A stretch of 64,000 nt of DNA, from contig CM022670.1 in the NCBI GenBank assembly GCA_012295275.1, positions 23,436,001-23,500,000 of the forward strand, read 5' to 3'. The position numbers and the translations under genes are program-made. The notes beneath the pieces were generated by a model. It searched no databases. It was not told the DNA's origin and saw nothing but the letters and a program-made list of their open reading frames with translations. This document shows, one piece after another, positions 57,700-64,000 of this stretch; the first letter of the stretch is position 1, and each line of letters begins with the position of its first letter. Origin of the DNA: Chrysomallon squamiferum. Its lineage: Eukaryota; Animalia; Mollusca.

Positions 57700-59076
57700 C
57701 AAATAACAAAACCAAAATAAATTTAAAATCTACCACTTTATTAACAATCTAAACAAGTTGATTACACTCATTCTGAGCTGGGTGTTTTGATGTTTTTGTT
57801 TTTACCTGTGAATAAATCACTGACAATTCTGAACATGAAGTACATCATTACAACAAAATGGTCATCAGTCTCAACAACACAGTCAAATTCACTTTTACAT
57901 TCACTACAGTAATAATGTGCATCCCCAAAAGTTGTTTAATGTTTAAAAATAAACACAAACTATATGTAATGAAATATACAAACTATGTTGAAACATATAT
58001 TAAAAAAAACAAAACAAACAACAACAACAATAGGTTATGAAGTAAATGTAAAACAAATATAAATCAACAGGCAGTAACTAAAGAAATTTATGTAAATATT
58101 ACACTCTGTTTCTGGCAGGATCACAACAAAATATTAAAAATTAAACAGTAAAGTGTTTTTAATAATATACAACAACAAAATTTTTTAAAATAAAATAATA
58201 ACAAGATATATAGAATAAATATTTAAAAATAAAACCCAAACTACTACAAAATATTTGGTAATTAACTGTGGAATGTGTTTCAAGAGGTGGGATTAGCTAT
58301 ATTGTGCAATTTGAAACAAGTTGTAAATGCATTGGTTACATTAACAACACATAGGTGTATGTATATATATAAAATATTCTAAAAAAAAGTGCTGTTTGGC
58401 ACAGAGATCAGTTTAGCCTTGAAAGCCTAAAGAATGTAATGTATGAGATCACAAAATCTAACAACAAACAAGCTTTTCACTAATGAAAATATACCAAGTT
58501 TTGTAAAGTCTTTCTTTTCATGATTTATACATGTGATGTATCTCCCTAGTAAAATTCTGTGTATGTTTCAAAATAAAAGGTATCTGTGAATGTTCTATCC
58601 AACATTTTGCTAAAAATGTATTTATTAACATAACACACACTGATTTAGCAAAAGAGGATATTTAGACACAAGAAGATTAGAAAGTAAAAACAAATTGTTA
58701 TGAACTGCACTGGTGGTTTTGAAAACATCCTTTAAATAATCAGTTTGCAATAGCAGTTACAATACTTTAAAAACAAAATAAATAAATAACAACAAAATAA
58801 GATATTCAGAAACAAACCCAATATTTCTAACATTATGTTTGACTTTTTATATTGGATAAACAGGAAAGATAATTATCAGACATCCTGAATTCTTATTTTC
58901 TATTTTATGAATGGTTAATTTAGATTGTTACTGTGCTTAATAACATGCAAGTTTGTTTTTGTTTTTTTCAACAGTTAGCTAGAACTATTCATATATATGT
59001 AGATGATCAAATGCTTTTCTTCTTCTTTTATTTTTATTTTTTTAATAAACTGTTAAAACTGGAACATGTATTAAAT

Positions 59077-62000
59077 TCAACTGATAGTTAGAACTACTGA
59101 AGTAATTAAAAGTAACAGACATGCACCAAAGCTAGATGCCTTTGTGTATTTACATTCAAGATCTAAATCATGAAGAACAGGACATTTGTTCTCCTGTGCT
59201 AGTGTCTTCTTTGAATGTTCTTTGTGTGCACAAGTTCCATTGATAATACGGTAAGCTCCTGAGGTCACAATACTGAAACAAAAATAAGACAAACCTTACC
59301 ACTGCTTTAAGAAAATAAATAAGAAACATAAGTAACAAATATATGTTATATAAAAAGAATTAAAATATTGAATTCCAAAGAAATAAGAAAATTATAAAAT
59401 GTTTATAAAAACACTCAAATATCCATCATTCCTTTATTTACGTAAACATGCCTATGTTGATGGTAGTTAAGTATGGTAGTTCAAATAAAAGGAAAAAATT
59501 AGTATTATATAACTTATTTTCAATAAATGTTTGAAAATACTTTAGAAATATTTATTAAATGGAAATATGAGCTAGTATAAAGAAAAGACTAAACTCTGGT
59601 AATCAGTAACTCACCTTCGAGTTATTTTACAGTTAAAATTGTAAAAAAGAGATTCTCTATAATGCTGATAATTTTCTATCACCAGCAGGTACAGATTGGT
59701 CTTTGGAAGAGCAGTCACATAGTAGAAACCAGACATGCATGGACCAGATACATTCCCTGTGATCATTTCAATCGGTCCTAGAAAAAAAAATTTTCATTTA
59801 GATCCACCTATGAAATAAATTAAACCTATTATTTTTTTAATCCACTAGGCATACAAATTCCAAACTGATCTAAATTATAAAAATAATTGTAGACAGTAAT
59901 TAATATTGCATTTAATAATAATCCCATTTTTATTTGGATAAGCTAAAAGAAATTTTTCTGAAGTTGTGCAAAATCACAATCCTTTATGATAAATATTATT
60001 AATTAACTTGAACAATAATCTAAAATAGTTCAAATACAAAGTGGATAAGTAATTTTTGTCATAACTGTTTGGCTTAATTTGATACTAAGAATTAAAAAAT
60101 ATAAAATTCCTTACCTAAAGCTGAATCATCTGCTTTATAGCTGACAACATCCTGAATACAACCAAACTCACTACGAAACATGGCTATTGGTCCACGGTTT
60201 TTGTAGTAATCATCCAACTCTTCAGGTTTCTTTGGTATACCAGCCAAAGTGACCTGAAAATTCAACAATTAACCTATAATAATATCATTAATCAATTAAA
60301 TAGATATCATGAATACAAATGAAAACATCATATCAATATATTTTTATAAAGTTTATTAAGAAAGAATTTTTATATATGTATATATATACGGCCATTTCTT
60401 TAAGTCATATTTACACATTTCATGCAATAAAGTGTTAATTAGTATTAATAAATGTATCTGATGCTCAACATAATGCTTACACAGTCAGTAAATTCATCTA
60501 AGGAATGATTTAATATTCACATATTCTTTTACCTTAGGTGCTTCTGGTGTTATTCGACAAGAACCTTGAAAATCAAATGATTCCTTGCGCCTGAAAAATC
60601 CATGTTTGTAAACCAATTCCTTCATAATTTCACCTTCTTTTCTTCCCAAAGTGACACCTGCATACTTGCTTTTATCCAGACTGCTTGCTGTCAGGAAGTC
60701 TGGGTCCATCACCAGATAGGAATTATAATCAAACAAGTAACACCTGTTAAGTACACAGTTAAACCAAGTGAATCAATAAAAATTCTCTTTTTAAAATTAG
60801 ATTAAGTATAAAATCTTTTTATAAAAATATTAATTTAATTTGTTTTTTGCATTTATATAAAATTAAGATTCCTGACAATACGAATTTGGATGATTTTGAA
60901 CTTAATTTTACATTTAAAGTATAATCTAAAAGGAACAATTCCACAAAATACTATACAGATTAATGCAGCAAATTGCCATTTAAAATTTAAAAATCTTACT
61001 TTGTTTCGCATCCTGGTTCACCATCTGGACAAGTGTAATTTTGCCCACAAGATTTACGGAAGTCGCTGGCTTGCATGCTGCCCATGGTTTTGTTTTGGAA
61101 GTCGTCGTACAGAATGTCTAAACCAGTGACAGCTTCCACTCTCTCTGTGGCACAGCGACGGTGGTTGGAGTTTGGTCCTGGGGCCTTGCTGAGATAACAC
61201 ACCTCTGAAAATTCATCACAAACACGAAGAAATTAATTAACCTCTTGTGTTAGAGAATACTATTAAGCATATCAGACATTCGCATCTAGTTTTGTCTCTA
61301 AAGATGAAAGTTTGTTTTACCTATTAAAAAAAATTCTTATAATAAACATATAACTTTGCAGACCAATGTCAGGAAATTATTTCTGATTTGCTTCTCATGG
61401 CATCTTAAGAGTGATTTTACCAGCGTTTCTGGATTTTGGTGAGGTTTTTTTTTCTGTTTTTGTTTGTTTGTTCTGTTTTATTTTTGTTTTGTTTTTGACA
61501 TTAACAGTTTGTGACATAGGTGCTTATCCCTGATTTTTGTTCATTCTTTACAATCAGTATATAATAATAAATGTTATTTTACAAAACCATACACTTATAA
61601 TAATACATATCTTTACTTTCAGATCCTAAAGATTTTCAAGTTGAGCAAAATAAACGTATGAGTATAGTTTCACAATTTCTATAAATACAGTTTTTCCTTG
61701 CAATATTAAGATCAAAGATATAACAACAGACTTACTAATAAGACAGTCACTGTCCACCTCACATTTGCAGCCTCCAAGCTTAGCTCCCTTTGCATACTGT
61801 TCACATTCTTTATCAGTTTTAGGAGTCATTCCTTCAAACACAGCCTGGGAGATTGTGTTGATCTTACCCACACCTGCAGAGTCCATGTACGGTGTGGAGA
61901 TTGAAGTTTTGTGAGGAGCAGAACTAGTTCTCTTGTACCAAGGTCGTCTAATGAAACAAAACAAAAAATGGTTTGAACTAAACTGACCCAATTTGGAATT

Positions 62001-64000
62001 TTATGTATAATCAGTTTGGTTGCAAAGGAAATGACTTAAGAAAAGCATGCTACTATGATTTATTTATAAAAAGACAATCAATTTCTGTAATAAAATTGTG
62101 TTTATTTCTGTTATTAAAATTATTTCCAACAGAAATAAATTCCATAAGTTATGTTGTATCTATATTTCTTATTTATTTATTTATTTATTTTTTTTTTTTT
62201 TTTTTTTGTGTTTGTTCTAATTAATTATTAGTAACCATAACAGATGATATGGATCTAACAAGTTCTGAATCTACAGTAGTAATCTATCTTGAGAAGATCT
62301 ATGTTTTTTGTATTTTAAAAAAGTTACTTTGTTGGATCGTATTCTCGTTTTGAGCGATGTCCTGGGTATGTCCTGAACACACCACTTCTCAGTCCAACAT
62401 TTGTCCACTTGATCTGTTTTATTGACTCAAAGTCTCTGGTCCTCCAGATCACTTCTATTGGCTGAGTTATCAACACATCAGCTCTGAAACAAACATTTAC
62501 TAAAACTTTTACCTCTTAAAAGAAAACCATATATTTAACGTTAAAACCATTATGCTGTTACTAACATTGATAATAACTACGTTTTATACAACATAATACA
62601 AATTTAAAACAACTGTTAACTGACAGAAAATTTGCATTTATGGATTAATTCATACTAAACTTGTTATCAGTAATAATAATTTCACTTTCATGAGTAACAG
62701 TTACAACTGTATAAGATCAGAGCAGTGTGACATGGTACTGTGTTGTTAGTGTGTTAATAAAAATCAGAACAACAGCAAAACAATTTCTTAAAATAAAACC
62801 CATAATAAATTACGTCACAAAATAAGCATCTAACTTAAAAGAAAATATTTTTAGATCAGCACATATTAAGTAAATAGTAAATACAGATCTGTATAAATTA
62901 AATTTTAAAATAATTATTATTTTAACGTTAATTTAACGTAGATACTAAATTATTTATCATATAGAAAAACACAATTTACCGAACACCCTTTCTAAATTTC
63001 TGTTTTCCAAATTCACATCCTTCATCTTTCTGGTCACTGTTTATCCAGATGTGAGCATCCAGTGTCTTCTGAGCCAAGTTGTCATCATACATGTACGTGG
63101 TTGGGTCACACCAGGCTTTCGGTGGTAAAAATATTGTAGAGTATTTGTAGCTGATTCGAAGACCTGGGTAGCGACTTTCATTTTCACGAACATCAATTTC
63201 CTCATAAACTCCAGGCAGCTCTTTTCTTAACAAAGTACTGTTGTACTCTTTAAGGAGATTGAAATAACTCTGATGATATTTAGATCTGTCCAAAGGTTCC
63301 TGAGATCTCCGAAATTCCTGAAAACATTTTACAGTATGTAAGACAATATAAATATGCATTTTTATTTCTTAATGAAATAACACACACCAGATCAACTAAA
63401 AAAATATGTATTTTAGAATTACTCCAGTTATTGTTCATTAACAGACTAAATTAAATAGATATGACATTAATCAAAATGTTTCACAAATGGTAATTAAAAT
63501 ATATTTAACATAATAATTTTTGACACACTCTGACAAAGTATCTTAAATGCAAATTTTTTCATAACTTAATTTACAATGTTAATAACGAAAATGAATAAGT
63601 AAAATATTTTTATTTTCTTACCATGTCAGTTTCATATAAACAGTATGCAAATGAGTATTCTGCATCTTCAAGTGCTCCATAAAAATAAGTCTACAAAGAA
63701 AAGTGGCAAACAAAAAAGATATATATATAATTTCAAATATAAATCTTTGGATCAGAGATACAATTCTTAAGTTAGTTTCATATCCTCCTATGTTTAGCCA
63801 TCAACTTTATAAGTATGACCTGACCAATTATGGGTTTATTTTTGTTACTGATTTTAATAAAACAAAAACTGTTACATGACTATCAATTTACCTTTGGTCC
63901 TTTGCTTGTGACAACTTTGATTTGGTTGGTGATACCAGCTCTCATTTCACTTTCAATAAATGAGAACTCTGCAGGATTGCCATGTTTGTCTACTTCCAGC
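59077..64000 (-). CDS. Cache-domain protein, CACHD1/alpha2delta-like, 3' part (5' end outside the window)
   Basis: Exons 63892-64000+, 63622-63690, 62980-63317, 62328-62483, 61736-61947, 61000-61204, 60533-60743, 60115-60253, 59615-59777, 59077-59272 splice in frame. Cache motifs: SGVFRTYPGHRSKREYDPTKRPWY, ISTPYMDSAGVGKINTISQAVF, AVTGLD, CYLFDYNSYLVMDPDF. Ends in a hydrophobic C-terminus. Confidence 0.88.

Noticed and set aside
62328-62483. Suspected frameshift in a Cache-domain exon
   Set aside because: Recount gives 156 nt, phase 2-2 and fully open; it is only missing from the ORF track.

Overview
AT-rich, intron-rich animal (eukaryotic) genomic DNA, probably a mollusc or other lophotrochozoan (inferred from microsatellite load, repeat types and gene content). 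Splicing exons by hand (GT-AG, consistent phases) gives six protein-coding genes: (1) the last three exons of GIPC (+, ends 8256); (2) a single-coding-exon 163-aa KCNE/MinK-like membrane protein (+, 20525-21016); (3) a 20-exon, about 963-aa type I membrane protein with two ependymin/LolA-like repeats, a SEA-like region and four PAN/apple domains (-, 40514 to 27688); (4) TMEM65 (-, 7 exons); (5) PPT1 (+, 10 exons including a 15-nt microexon), head-to-head with TMEM65; (6) the 3' part of a Cache-domain CACHD1/alpha2delta-like gene (-, runs off the window end). Also present are a decayed LINE RT fragment, MITEs, tandem duplications and many microsatellites. Most other ORFs in the track are microsatellite or AT-rich artefacts.
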